A stretch of 64,000 nt of DNA from Parcubacteria group bacterium M6-OD1-3 (lineage in GTDB: Bacteria > Patescibacteriota > Minisyncoccia > Moranbacterales > UBA9337), in contig LSNR01000014.1 of assembly GCA_003056165.1 (NCBI GenBank), positions 70,408 through 134,407 of the forward strand. The letters run 5' to 3'. Made by a program: the position numbers and the translations under genes. Positions 19,769 to 31,440 of the stretch are shown piece by piece (positions within the stretch are counted from its first letter, which is position 1; each line of letters begins with the position of its first letter). The notes beneath the pieces were generated by a model. It was not told the DNA's origin and made no database searches. It saw only the letters and a program-made list of their open reading frames with translations.

Positions 19769-20215
19769 ATGTTATATAATTTTAAAATTAAAAAACACAG
19801 CAAAAAAGGTTCTGTTCTCATTTTTACATTGTTTATAATGATGATTAGCTTGGTTGCCGGAATTGGTATCATTTCCGTTTCCAACTTTGATAGACAGAGT
19901 TCTCTCTCTACAACAAAAACAGTTAATTCATTTCAAATTGCTGATATGGGGCTGGAAAGAGCATTGAATGCAATTAAAAATGAATCGCCAGCGAAAAGAA
20001 TAAATCAGATAGTATTTTTTAAAGATGATTGTAGCTCCGGCGAGGTAGCAAAGGATGCTTTTGGTGGTTTTGGAACTTATATAATAACATTCTATGATAG
20101 TGCGGATACTCAATTACAATGTGATGATACAATCGGTGACATTAAAAGTATAAAATCTGTTGGAAAATATAAAGGAACTAATCGTGCCGTGGAAGTAGTC
20201 TTACCTTCGCCTTAG
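19769..20215 (+). CDS. PilX-like minor pilin (non-canonical, no E at +5)
   Basis: KKG|SVLIFTLFIMMISLVAGIG hydrophobic N-terminus; last gene of the pilus operon. Confidence 0.5.
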   Translation: MLYNFKIKKHSKKGSVLIFTLFIMMISLVAGIGIISVSNFDRQSSLSTTKTVNSFQIADMGLERALNAIKNESPAKRINQIVFFKDDCSSGEVAKDAFGGFGTYIITFYDSADTQLQCDDTIGDIKSIKSVGKYKGTNRAVEVVLPSP

Positions 20216-20278
20216 TAATTTTGAAATCTGTAAGTTAATTGATGAATATAACCGTTGAATAAAAATCCTTCTTTTTAG

Positions 20279-22552
<2,274 letters not shown>

Positions 22553-22736
22553 TTTTTGAAATAGACTTCTTTGGAAAGTAATGTCGTTATGAAAATTTTT
22601 AGTTTTGAGTAAAATTTAATGAATACTTTTCGAAAGCCTAACCTTAGCTAAGCTGAGAAAAGTTGAGATAAATTTTGTCAAAAATAATTATTTGTGATAG
22701 AAAATACTTTCTAAGGAAGTCTAGTATATTAAAAAT

Positions 22737-23030
22737 ATGTCAATAACAAAAGAAGAAATAAAACATATTGCCACTTTGGCGAGAATTGGTTTAAGAGAAG
22801 AAGAAATAAACAAGAGCCAGAAAGAACTTTCTGTTGTTTTGGATTATTTTAAAAAATTGAAAAAAGTGGATACGAAAAAAATTAATTCAGTCGGGCATAT
22901 TACTCGAGTGAATAGTGTCTATAGAAATGATAATATTGAAGAATGTTCGGAAAATGTTCATAAGCAAATTATGAAAAATGTTCCGCAACTTAAAGATAAT
23001 CAAATCAAAGTAAGGTCTGTTTTAAAATAA
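22737..23030 (+). CDS. gatC: Glu/Asp-tRNA amidotransferase subunit C
   Basis: 97 aa. MSITKEEIKHIATLARIGL…EEEI… is the typical GatC N-terminus, and gatA follows. Confidence 0.8.
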   Translation: MSITKEEIKHIATLARIGLREEEINKSQKELSVVLDYFKKLKKVDTKKINSVGHITRVNSVYRNDNIEECSENVHKQIMKNVPQLKDNQIKVRSVLK

Positions 23031-23172
23031 TAAAGTTAAAATTTACATATTCAAATAGAGTGCGAAGTAAAGTTTGGACTTGAGGAGGAGCGGAGCGACG
23101 GGAAAGACTGAATTTTGCGGAGCATAAAAGTGAAGATAATAAATTTAAAACTTACACATTTTCCATAAAATA

Positions 23173-24630
23173 ATGATTAAAAAATTACATAAACAATTAA
23201 AAAATGGTGAAATTACTTCTACAGAGTTAACTCTGAAGTATTTTTCTAAAATTGAAAAAAAGGACAGTGATATTCTGGCTTTTTTAACATTGACTAAAGA
23301 TTTAGCGGTGAAGCAAGCGCAAGCGGTTGATGAAAAAATTAAAAAGGGCGAGGAGATTGATTTGTTGGCGGGAATTCCAATGGCAATTAAGGACAATATG
23401 TGTGTTAGTGGAGAAAGAACTACTGCTGCTTCAAAAATTTTAGATAATTATATTGCACCTTATGATGCGACGGTTATAAAAAGACTTAAGAAATCTGGGG
23501 CTGTCATTTTAGGAAAAACAAATCTGGACGAATTTGCTATGGGAGCATCGACGGAAAATAGTGCTTATCAAAAAACAAAAAACCCGATTGATATTTCAAG
23601 AGTTCCTGGCGGTTCCTCTGGCGGTTCAGTGGCGTCTGTTGCTGGGAAAATGGCAGTATATGCTTTGGGCTCTGATACGGGGGGTTCCATTCGTCAGCCC
23701 TCGGCGTTTTGCGGAACGGTCGGATTAAAACCGACTTATGGACGAGTTTCTCGGCACGGATTATTGGCGATGGCATCAAGTTTAGATCAAATCGGTCCGA
23801 TTACCGAGACTGTGGAAGACTCAGCAATTGTCCTTTCACGAATTGCCGGCAGAGATAAAATGGATGCTACCTCAGCAAAAAGCGGAGGGAAATCTTATGA
23901 AGATTTTTTGACCGGAGATATTTCCGGAGTGACAATCGGTGTGCCAAAAGAATATTTCGGCGATGATTTGGATGATAAGATTAGAGCTATCGCAATGAAA
24001 GCGATTGATAAATTTAAAAAATTGGGAGCTAAAATAAAAGAGATTAGCATTCCGCACAGCGAGTATGCCTTACCAGTTTATTATATTATTGTTCCATCGG
24101 AAGTCAGCTCCAATATGGCAAGATTTGACGGAATAAGGTATGGCTTGAGCATTGACAATGAAGAAAAGTCAATCTTGAATGATGGAACTTTGTTGGAAAC
24201 TTATTTGGATACGCGAGAAATAGGTTTGGGTGATGAAGTGAAGAAAAGAATGATGCTGGGAACTTATACTTTATCCGCTGGATATTACGACGCTTATTAC
24301 AAAAAGGCGCAAAAAGTTCGGGAACTTTTGTATCAAGATTTTCAAAAGATTTTTAATCCATCAGGAGACGGAGTTGATTTGATTTTTTCTCCGACAGCTC
24401 CTGAACCAGCTTTTAAGTTTGGTGAGAAAATGAATGACCCGTTGAAAATGTATTTAACGGATATTTATACCGTGACGGCGAATTTAGTTGGTGTTCCGGC
24501 AATTTCATTTCCGATTGGAACAGTTAAAGAAGATGGAAAAGACCTCCCTATTGGCGGGCAATTAATGGGCAAATGGTTTGGTGAAGAAGAATTATTAAAT
24601 GTTGCGCATACTTTTGAAATTACAAAATAA
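23173..24630 (+). CDS. gatA: Glu/Asp-tRNA amidotransferase subunit A (amidase signature family)
   Basis: GIPMAIKDNMCVSGERTTAASKIL… amidase signature with the Ser-cisSer-Lys triad region. Length 485 aa. Confidence 0.9.
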   Translation: MIKKLHKQLKNGEITSTELTLKYFSKIEKKDSDILAFLTLTKDLAVKQAQAVDEKIKKGEEIDLLAGIPMAIKDNMCVSGERTTAASKILDNYIAPYDATVIKRLKKSGAVILGKTNLDEFAMGASTENSAYQKTKNPIDISRVPGGSSGGSVASVAGKMAVYALGSDTGGSIRQPSAFCGTVGLKPTYGRVSRHGLLAMASSLDQIGPITETVEDSAIVLSRIAGRDKMDATSAKSGGKSYEDFLTGDISGVTIGVPKEYFGDDLDDKIRAIAMKAIDKFKKLGAKIKEISIPHSEYALPVYYIIVPSEVSSNMARFDGIRYGLSIDNEEKSILNDGTLLETYLDTREIGLGDEVKKRMMLGTYTLSAGYYDAYYKKAQKVRELLYQDFQKIFNPSGDGVDLIFSPTAPEPAFKFGEKMNDPLKMYLTDIYTVTANLVGVPAISFPIGTVKEDGKDLPIGGQLMGKWFGEEELLNVAHTFEITK

Positions 24631-24756
24631 TTCCGGGTTATATTATTTGAAAATTTATGTACGAAAGAAATACAATTAAACAATGATATTTTAAATAGCG
24701 AGATTTCCACTAATCCGCAAGGAGGTAAAAACCTTATTGTCATAAAAAATAAAAAA

Positions 24757-25281
24757 ATGGAAATTATTATTCCCGTTATCAATCAAATTATAATGAGCTT
24801 CAATTCCTTTTTGGATTCAGGTTTTTTTGCTTTTATAAAATTTTTGATAGCCATTTATGTAATAGTTCTGTTCGTAGACCTAATTTTACTTTTGGTAGTT
24901 CGCGGACTAGGCGGTGATTTGGAAAAAACTATCAAAGGAACAACGATGCCAATTGCTTCGCGAAAGAGAATGCGTAAGATGTGGGATAAAATAGAGGAGC
25001 GACTTGAGACCGGAAGTTTATCGCAATACAAGGTGGCGATTTTGGAAGCGGATAATTTGGTGGACGAAATATTGTTAAAAATTGGTTATCAAGGAAATAA
25101 TATGGGCGAGAGATTAGAGAATGTTGATTCAAAACAAATTGAAGAATTTGATGATTTAAAAAAAGCTCATCAAATTAGAAATAAAATAATTTATGATAAA
25201 AATTTTGTAATAAATAAACAAGAGGCTCAAAAGGCTATTAATCCATATAGAGAATTTTTAGAGAATTTTGAAATAATTTAA
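24757..25281 (+). CDS. Hypothetical membrane protein
   Basis: N-terminal TM helix (FFAFIKFLIAIYVIVLFVDLILLLVV) followed by a charged soluble domain. Confidence 0.5.
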   Translation: MEIIIPVINQIIMSFNSFLDSGFFAFIKFLIAIYVIVLFVDLILLLVVRGLGGDLEKTIKGTTMPIASRKRMRKMWDKIEERLETGSLSQYKVAILEADNLVDEILLKIGYQGNNMGERLENVDSKQIEEFDDLKKAHQIRNKIIYDKNFVINKQEAQKAINPYREFLENFEII

Positions 25282-25307
25282 AATAAATAAATTTTTAAAA
25301 TAAAAAT

Positions 25308-26219
25308 ATGATATACGATTTAATTATTATTGGTGCTGGTCCAGCTGGATTAGGAGCATCAATTTACGCATCTCGTTATAAGCTAAATCATTTGGTTATT
25401 GGCGAGGAAGTGGGTGGACAAGTGGTAGAAGCATCTAAAATTGAAAATTATGCCGGCTTTGAATCAATTTCTGGGAAAGAATTGATGAATAAGTTTCGTA
25501 AACAAACGGAAGATTTAGGAGCTAAAATTATTCAAGCTTCCGTTTCGAGAGTTGAGAAAAAAGAAAACGAATTTGAAGTGTTAACAAAAGACGGAAAAAA
25601 ATATTTAGCTAAAACTTTAATTTTGGCATTGGGAATGAAACCGAGAAGAATGAATATTGCCGGAGAGAATGAATTTATCGGTAAGGGAATTTCTTATTGT
25701 GCTACTTGCGACGCGATGTTCTTTAGGGATAAAACTGTAGTGGTTGTCGGTGGTGGCGATGCGGCGGCGATGGCTGCACAACATTTAGTGGAATTTGCTG
25801 ACAAAGTTTATGTTTTACATCGACAAGAAACAACTTGGAATCCAGCAAGAGAAGATAGTTTAAAGGAAAATAAAAAAATTGAATTGATTTGTTGTGCGGA
25901 CATTACAGAAATTAAAGGAAATAAAGTTGTCGAAGAAATTATTTACAAAAAAGATGATAAAGAATTTAATTTGGCGGTGCAGGGAGTTTTTATTGAAATT
26001 GGTTCAGTTCCGGGAATAGATATTATAAAAAAATTAAATGTAAAAACTGATGATAAGGAATATATCATTGTTAATCAAATGCAAGAGACTAACATTGATG
26101 GAGTTTGGGCGTCTGGTGATGTAACGACAGGATCGAATAAATTTCGTCAAATTATTACCGCTGTTGCTGAGGGTGCTGTTGCTTCCGGAAGTGTTTATAA
26201 AGAATTAAAATTAAAATAA
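25308..26219 (+). CDS. trxB: Thioredoxin reductase
   Basis: FAD motif GAGPAGLGASIY, a redox-active CATCD, and an NADPH motif GGGDAAAM. Confidence 0.9.
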   Translation: MIYDLIIIGAGPAGLGASIYASRYKLNHLVIGEEVGGQVVEASKIENYAGFESISGKELMNKFRKQTEDLGAKIIQASVSRVEKKENEFEVLTKDGKKYLAKTLILALGMKPRRMNIAGENEFIGKGISYCATCDAMFFRDKTVVVVGGGDAAAMAAQHLVEFADKVYVLHRQETTWNPAREDSLKENKKIELICCADITEIKGNKVVEEIIYKKDDKEFNLAVQGVFIEIGSVPGIDIIKKLNVKTDDKEYIIVNQMQETNIDGVWASGDVTTGSNKFRQIITAVAEGAVASGSVYKELKLK

Positions 26220-26229
26220 TGCAATGTTT

Positions 26230-26263
26230 TGTGTATCTTTAAAGATATCTTTAAAGATACACA
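26230..26263. promoter_or_regulatory. 34-bp perfect palindrome (TGTGTATCTTTAAAGAT|ATCTTTAAAGATACACA); candidate operator and/or trxB terminator
   Basis: Exact dyad symmetry, read directly. It lies 11 bp upstream of the AbrB-like gene start. Confidence 0.5.
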
Positions 26264-26274
26264 TCGAATTTTTT

Positions 26275-26466
26275 ATGAGAAGAGATTTAAAAAATAAAAA
26301 TATCAGAAAGATATATAAAAGATCGGGAAGTTACGCGCTAACAATTCCAATGGAAATAATTAAAGCACTTGGTATTAGAAATAAACAAAAAGTTGTTGTT
26401 GAAAAAAGAGGTGATGAAATAATAATTAAAGATTGGAAACCTGCCTGTCGAGTAGGCGGGAAATAA
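26275..26466 (+). CDS. AbrB/SpoVT-MazE-like small DNA-binding protein (swapped-hairpin type), paralog of 45032
   Basis: MRRDLKNKNIRKIYKRSGSYALTIPMEIIKALGI…IIIKDWKP is about 60% identical to ORF 45032. The track ORF 26224 begins upstream, inside the palindrome. Confidence 0.55.
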   Translation: MRRDLKNKNIRKIYKRSGSYALTIPMEIIKALGIRNKQKVVVEKRGDEIIIKDWKPACRVGGK

Positions 26467-26471
26467 TAATT

Positions 26472-26879
26472 ATGGATGCAATACAATTATCGAAGAAAAT
26501 GATTGAAATAAAAACGGACAAAGCTCCGCAGGCGGTTGGTCCATATTCACAAGCGATTGAATCCAACGGTCTTATCTTTGTTTCCGGACAAATAGCTATT
26601 GATTATAAGACGGGATTATTTGAAGAAAATAACGATATTGAAAAGCAATCAGAAATGGTTTTAAATAATATAAAAAATATTCTTGAAAAATGTAAGCTGA
26701 ATTTGGATGATGTTGTTAAAGTGGAAATTTTCTTGAGTAATATAAAAGATTTTAAAATGGTCAATAAAATTTATGGAAAATATTTTGTAAATAATCCTAA
26801 ACCCGCTCGGCAAACTGTGGAAGTTTCAAAATTGCCACTGAATGCTAAAATTGAAATATCATGTATAGCAAAAAAATAA
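26472..26879 (+). CDS. ridA: RidA/YjgF-family reactive enamine/imine deaminase
   Basis: KAPQAVGPYSQAIESNGLIFVSGQIAID… is the RidA signature, and it sits directly upstream of ilvA. Start taken at the Met of MDAIQLSKK. Confidence 0.8.
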   Translation: MDAIQLSKKMIEIKTDKAPQAVGPYSQAIESNGLIFVSGQIAIDYKTGLFEENNDIEKQSEMVLNNIKNILEKCKLNLDDVVKVEIFLSNIKDFKMVNKIYGKYFVNNPKPARQTVEVSKLPLNAKIEISCIAKK

Positions 26880-28090
26880 ATGCTCAAGAAATAGAAAAAG
26901 CTAAAGAAAAATTTTCTGAAATTGTCAAAGAAACCCCCTTACAATATTCTGCCAGATTATCAAAAAAATATGGATGTAGTTTTTTCCTTAAGAGAGAAGA
27001 TTTGCAAGTTATTAGATCTTATAAGATAAGAGGTGCTTTTAATGCTATTAGTAATTTGGAAGAAAAAAATAGGGTTAAAGGTGTGGTGTGCGCCAGTGCT
27101 GGAAATCATGCTCAAGGTGTGGCGGTTGCATGTAAATTTTTTAAGGCAACTGGCTTTATATTTATGCCGAAAACAACACCATTACAAAAAATTGAAAGAA
27201 CAAAAAAATTCGGAGGAAGATATGTGCAAGTTATTTTAGAGGGAGATAGCTTTGATGATGCTCAAAAGAAAGCTTTAGAATTTTCAAGCAGAAAAAAAAT
27301 AAGCTATATCGCTCCATTTGACAATGAAAATACAATTATAGGAAATGGAACTATTGGTTTAGAAATTTTGAAGCAAATGGGTGATAAAAAAATAGATGCG
27401 GTAGTTGTGCCAATTGGTGGCGGTGGTTTGATAAGTGGTATTGGTAGTTATATTAAAGAAAAAAGTCCAAACACTAAAATAATTGGTGTTGAAGCAAATG
27501 GGAGCGCTAGTATGAAGGAAGCTTTCAAAAAAGGAAGACCAGTAGAGTTAAAAAAAGTTGAGACGTTTGCTGATGGAGTGGCCGTGAAAAAAATTGGTGA
27601 TATAAATTTTAAAATTGCCAAAAAGGTTGTTGATGAGCTTATGACTGTCCCTGAAAATAGAGTTTGTGCAACTATTTTGAAATTACTTAAGGAAGAAGGA
27701 ATAATTTTGGAGCCAGCGGGGGCTTTATCTATAAATGCCGTTAGAGATTTTTCAAAGAAAGAATTAAAAAATAAAAATATAGTTTGTATTTTGAGCGGTG
27801 GAAATCTTGATTTTAACAGATTACCAAATATTAAAGAACGCTATTTGAGTTATAAAGGATTGAAAAAATATTTGATAGTTAATTTCCCACAAAGACCAAA
27901 AGCTTTGAGAGAATTTGTAGATTGTCTTGGCGATGAGGATAACGTTGTGGATATTTATTATTCAGAAGCTGAAGGGCAATGGGGAGAGGCAAGGATTAAC
28001 ATTCAAACAACTAAAAAGAAAAACTTTGAAAAACTATATAAAAAATTAAATAAAGCTAATATTAAATTTAGAGAAAATGGTGGTTTTTAA
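26861..28090 (+). CDS. ilvA: Threonine ammonia-lyase (biosynthetic type with a single C-terminal ACT-like domain)
   Basis: PLP lysine motif SYKIRGAF and a glycine-rich loop GGGGL. Length 409 aa. Confidence 0.85.
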   Translation: MYSKKINAQEIEKAKEKFSEIVKETPLQYSARLSKKYGCSFFLKREDLQVIRSYKIRGAFNAISNLEEKNRVKGVVCASAGNHAQGVAVACKFFKATGFIFMPKTTPLQKIERTKKFGGRYVQVILEGDSFDDAQKKALEFSSRKKISYIAPFDNENTIIGNGTIGLEILKQMGDKKIDAVVVPIGGGGLISGIGSYIKEKSPNTKIIGVEANGSASMKEAFKKGRPVELKKVETFADGVAVKKIGDINFKIAKKVVDELMTVPENRVCATILKLLKEEGIILEPAGALSINAVRDFSKKELKNKNIVCILSGGNLDFNRLPNIKERYLSYKGLKKYLIVNFPQRPKALREFVDCLGDEDNVVDIYYSEAEGQWGEARINIQTTKKKNFEKLYKKLNKANIKFRENGGF

Positions 28091-28112
28091 AAATTAAAAT
28101 TAAAATAATAAT

Positions 28113-29231
28113 ATGAATGCAATACAATTATCGAAGAAGATAGGGGGAAAAATTGAAGTTAAATCTAAAAAGAAATTAACTAAAGAAAATTTGGCAGTAC
28201 TTTATACTCCGGGAGTGGCGGATGTTTCTCGAGCGATAGCAAAAAATAAAAAGCTTTCTTTTGAGTACACTATTCGCAAAAATATGGTAGCAGTTGTTTC
28301 GGACGGAAGTGCTGTTTTAGGATTAGGTAATATTGGACCAGAGGGAGCTTTGCCAGTGATGGAAGGCAAAGCACTTTTATTTAAAGAATTGGCGGGAATA
28401 GATGCTTTTCCAATAGTTTTAGATACTCAAGATACTGATAAGATTGTGAGATTAGTAAAAAATATTGCACCAACATTTGGCGGAATAAATTTGGAAGACA
28501 TTTCTGCTCCGCGATGCTTTGAGATTGAAGAGAGGCTGAAAAAGGAGTTGGACATTCCTGTTTTCCACGATGACCAGCACGGAACAGCAATCGTAGTTTT
28601 GGCTGGATTAATTAATGCTTGTCAAGTTGTAAAAAAAGATATAAAAAAGGTTGAAGTTGTGATTTCTGGAGCAGGTGCGGCGGGAATGGCGATTGCAAAA
28701 TTACTCTTAAAATATGGAATTAAAAATATTAAATTAGTTGATAGTCGAGGGATAATTTATGTTGGACGAAAAGAGGGAATGAATTGGATTAAAGATGAAA
28801 TGGCAAAACTTACCAATTTGGAGAAAAGGAAAGGCGGGCTAGTCGATGCCTTGAAGAGTGCGGATGTTTTTATTGGAGTTTCTGCTCCTGGAATTTTAAA
28901 AGCAAAAGATATCGCTGTAATGAATAATAATGCAATTGTTTTTGCAATGAGTAATCCTTTGCCAGAAATTATGCCTGAAGAAGCTAAAGAAGGTGGGGCA
29001 AAAATTGTCGCTACTGGTCGCTCGGATTATCCGAATCAAATAAATAATGTGCTTGTTTTTCCTGGTATTTTTAAGGGAGCCTTAACTAAAAGAGTAAAAA
29101 ATATAACAGATAATCATAAAATAAAAGTAGCAAAAGCTATTGCTAATATGATTAAAAATCCTACTGCTAAAAAAATAATCCCTAGTGCATTGAATAAACA
29201 AGTGATTAAGAAGATAGTAGAGGTGTTTTAA
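28113..29231 (+). CDS. NAD(P)-dependent malic enzyme (short form)
   Basis: LAVLYTPGVADVS… and VSDGSAVLGLGNIGP…ALPVMEGKALLFK are malic-enzyme motifs. Length 372 aa. Confidence 0.85.
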   Translation: MNAIQLSKKIGGKIEVKSKKKLTKENLAVLYTPGVADVSRAIAKNKKLSFEYTIRKNMVAVVSDGSAVLGLGNIGPEGALPVMEGKALLFKELAGIDAFPIVLDTQDTDKIVRLVKNIAPTFGGINLEDISAPRCFEIEERLKKELDIPVFHDDQHGTAIVVLAGLINACQVVKKDIKKVEVVISGAGAAGMAIAKLLLKYGIKNIKLVDSRGIIYVGRKEGMNWIKDEMAKLTNLEKRKGGLVDALKSADVFIGVSAPGILKAKDIAVMNNNAIVFAMSNPLPEIMPEEAKEGGAKIVATGRSDYPNQINNVLVFPGIFKGALTKRVKNITDNHKIKVAKAIANMIKNPTAKKIIPSALNKQVIKKIVEVF

Positions 29232-29401
29232 ATTTCCTCAAAAACTCACATTTAATTAGAACATAGGTCTTCTTTTAAAGGGAGAAATTTTTTATAGAAG
29301 TTCCTTTTTTCAAGAAAATAGTGTACAATATGAACAGAGAGATGACTTGTTGCTAAAACAAAAAGTAGAATTTAAAAATTCTAAAAAAATAAAAAAAGAG
29401 G

Positions 29402-30799
29402 ATGCTATTAAAGCAAATAAAAATAAATAATAGAATCTGGCAGAGGAATAAAAAGGGAACGTCTTTGATTGAAGCCCTAGTTTTAATATTTGTTTTTTCG
29501 GTGGCAGTACTCTCATTTTACTCTGTATTTAGTTTAAGTGTACGCTATATTACGCAGTCAAAAGATAGAACGGTGGCTATATCATTAGCGAATGAAAGAA
29601 TGGAATTGTTGCGTAATTTGAGTTATGATGATGTGGCTATTATTGGTGGTATTCCAAATGGAAATGTTAATCCAGATGAAACAGTTACTGTTGGGAATAA
29701 AAGCTTTCATATTATTACTGATATTAAATATTATGATGACCCCGATGATGGAATATTTGGAGGTTCTCCTAGTGATATAATCCCGACTGACTACAAAACA
29801 GCATTGATTGTTGTTGCCTGGGGTGGAGAAAGCTCTTCGGAAAAAGTGTCATTGTCATCACGATTTGTACCTCCGGGAGTAGAAACTAATGTTGGCGGAG
29901 GGACATTGTCATTAAATGCAATCGATTTTTCTGGCACTCCAGTTGCTAATGTTTCGGTAAATTTGGTTAATACCAGCCTTTCTCCAAATGTTAATTATAA
30001 TACTAATATGGACTCCAATGGAAATATTTTATTACAAGGAGTTCCTGCAGATAGTAATCAGAACTATCAGATAACACTTTCTAAAAGCGGTTACGAAACT
30101 GTAAAAACATATCCACCAGTGGGAGCGGGATTTATTCCAAAAGATACACATATGTCAATTGTGGAAGGTGTTTTGAATAGTGAAACTTTGGAAATAAATT
30201 TGCTGGCAACCTTAAAAATAAAAAGTGTTGACCCTTTTGGTATGGAAATTAGTAATGCAACTTTTGATTTGACAGGGGGTAGAAGACTGGATGATGGAAC
30301 GGCTACCGCTGTATATAGTTATAATGATTCGGAGTCAACTAATAGTGATGGAGATTTTTCGTTAGATGATGAAAGTCCAGGTGAGTATATAGTTGATATT
30401 ACTGGAACCACTGATACGGATTATACCTTTTGGAAGCTTAGTCCTGGAACTGATTCTGACAATAAAAAAGTTAATTTATCTCCGGGAGCTACACAAAGTT
30501 CAGATATGATTTTAATGGATAAAAATTTAGATTCGGCATTTATTACTGCTACAAATGGAGCTACAGGAGATTTCGTAGAAGGAGCTCATATAAACCTAAA
30601 GAATAATACACTTAGCTATGATGTCACTCTAGATACTGATAAATATGGAACGGTTTATTTCCCCGAAACGCTTGATGTTCCTTTACAAAATGGGGAAACA
30701 TATGATTTAAAAATTACCGCTGATGGTTATGATGATTTAACTGATACGATTACAATCAATAAATATACCAATAAAGATGTAACATTAACTGCACAATAA
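29402..30799 (+). CDS. Large pseudopilin/minor pilin (465 aa) with a prepilin-type N-terminus
   Basis: KKG|TSLIEALVLIFVFSVAVL has E at +5 and is followed by a large extracellular domain. Confidence 0.6.
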   Translation: MLLKQIKINNRIWQRNKKGTSLIEALVLIFVFSVAVLSFYSVFSLSVRYITQSKDRTVAISLANERMELLRNLSYDDVAIIGGIPNGNVNPDETVTVGNKSFHIITDIKYYDDPDDGIFGGSPSDIIPTDYKTALIVVAWGGESSSEKVSLSSRFVPPGVETNVGGGTLSLNAIDFSGTPVANVSVNLVNTSLSPNVNYNTNMDSNGNILLQGVPADSNQNYQITLSKSGYETVKTYPPVGAGFIPKDTHMSIVEGVLNSETLEINLLATLKIKSVDPFGMEISNATFDLTGGRRLDDGTATAVYSYNDSESTNSDGDFSLDDESPGEYIVDITGTTDTDYTFWKLSPGTDSDNKKVNLSPGATQSSDMILMDKNLDSAFITATNGATGDFVEGAHINLKNNTLSYDVTLDTDKYGTVYFPETLDVPLQNGETYDLKITADGYDDLTDTITINKYTNKDVTLTAQ

Positions 30800-30813
30800 T
30801 CTTATTTTGCTTT

Positions 30814-31434
30814 GTGAATAAATTAAATAAAAATAAAATTTTGACTAGAAAGGGTATGAGCTTCGTGGAGATGATTATTGCTATAGGAATATTTTCCTTA
30901 ATGATGATTGGAATTACTATGTTTTTCATTAAGTCTTGGAATAATTATAATTATGTTATGGATACAAATTCAAGTTCCATTTCTGCAAGTCAGGGGATTA
31001 GTAAGATTGTTAATAATATTCGTAAGGCAAGAAGTGCTGATAATGGAGCTTATCCTATTAAATCTGTAAACGATTTTGATTTAGTTATTTTTAGTGATTA
31101 TGATAGAGATGGAGTTACTGAGAAAATGCACTATTATTTAAATAGTGGAAATTTGATGCTTGGAATAAGTGAGCCAAATGGCGTGCCACCAACTTATCCA
31201 AACGGAGATACAACAACAAGCACGGTCGTACTCAATGTAATAAATGATGCTTCTCATCCGATTTTCTATTATTATGATAGTACTAATAATGTCATTAATA
31301 ATCCAACTGCAAATCTAGCAAGTATTAGAATGATTAAAATTAGCTTAACAGTTCAAGGAAATTCAGCTAATGATGTTAACACAGAATCTTTTGCATCGTT
31401 ACGCAACTTAAATGAAAATGATACTATACAATAA
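30814..31434 (+). CDS. Pseudopilin/minor pilin
   Basis: TRKG|MSFVEMIIAIGIFSLMM prepilin motif. Confidence 0.65.
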   Translation: MNKLNKNKILTRKGMSFVEMIIAIGIFSLMMIGITMFFIKSWNNYNYVMDTNSSSISASQGISKIVNNIRKARSADNGAYPIKSVNDFDLVIFSDYDRDGVTEKMHYYLNSGNLMLGISEPNGVPPTYPNGDTTTSTVVLNVINDASHPIFYYYDSTNNVINNPTANLASIRMIKISLTVQGNSANDVNTESFASLRNLNENDTIQ

Positions 31435-31440
31435 AAAATT

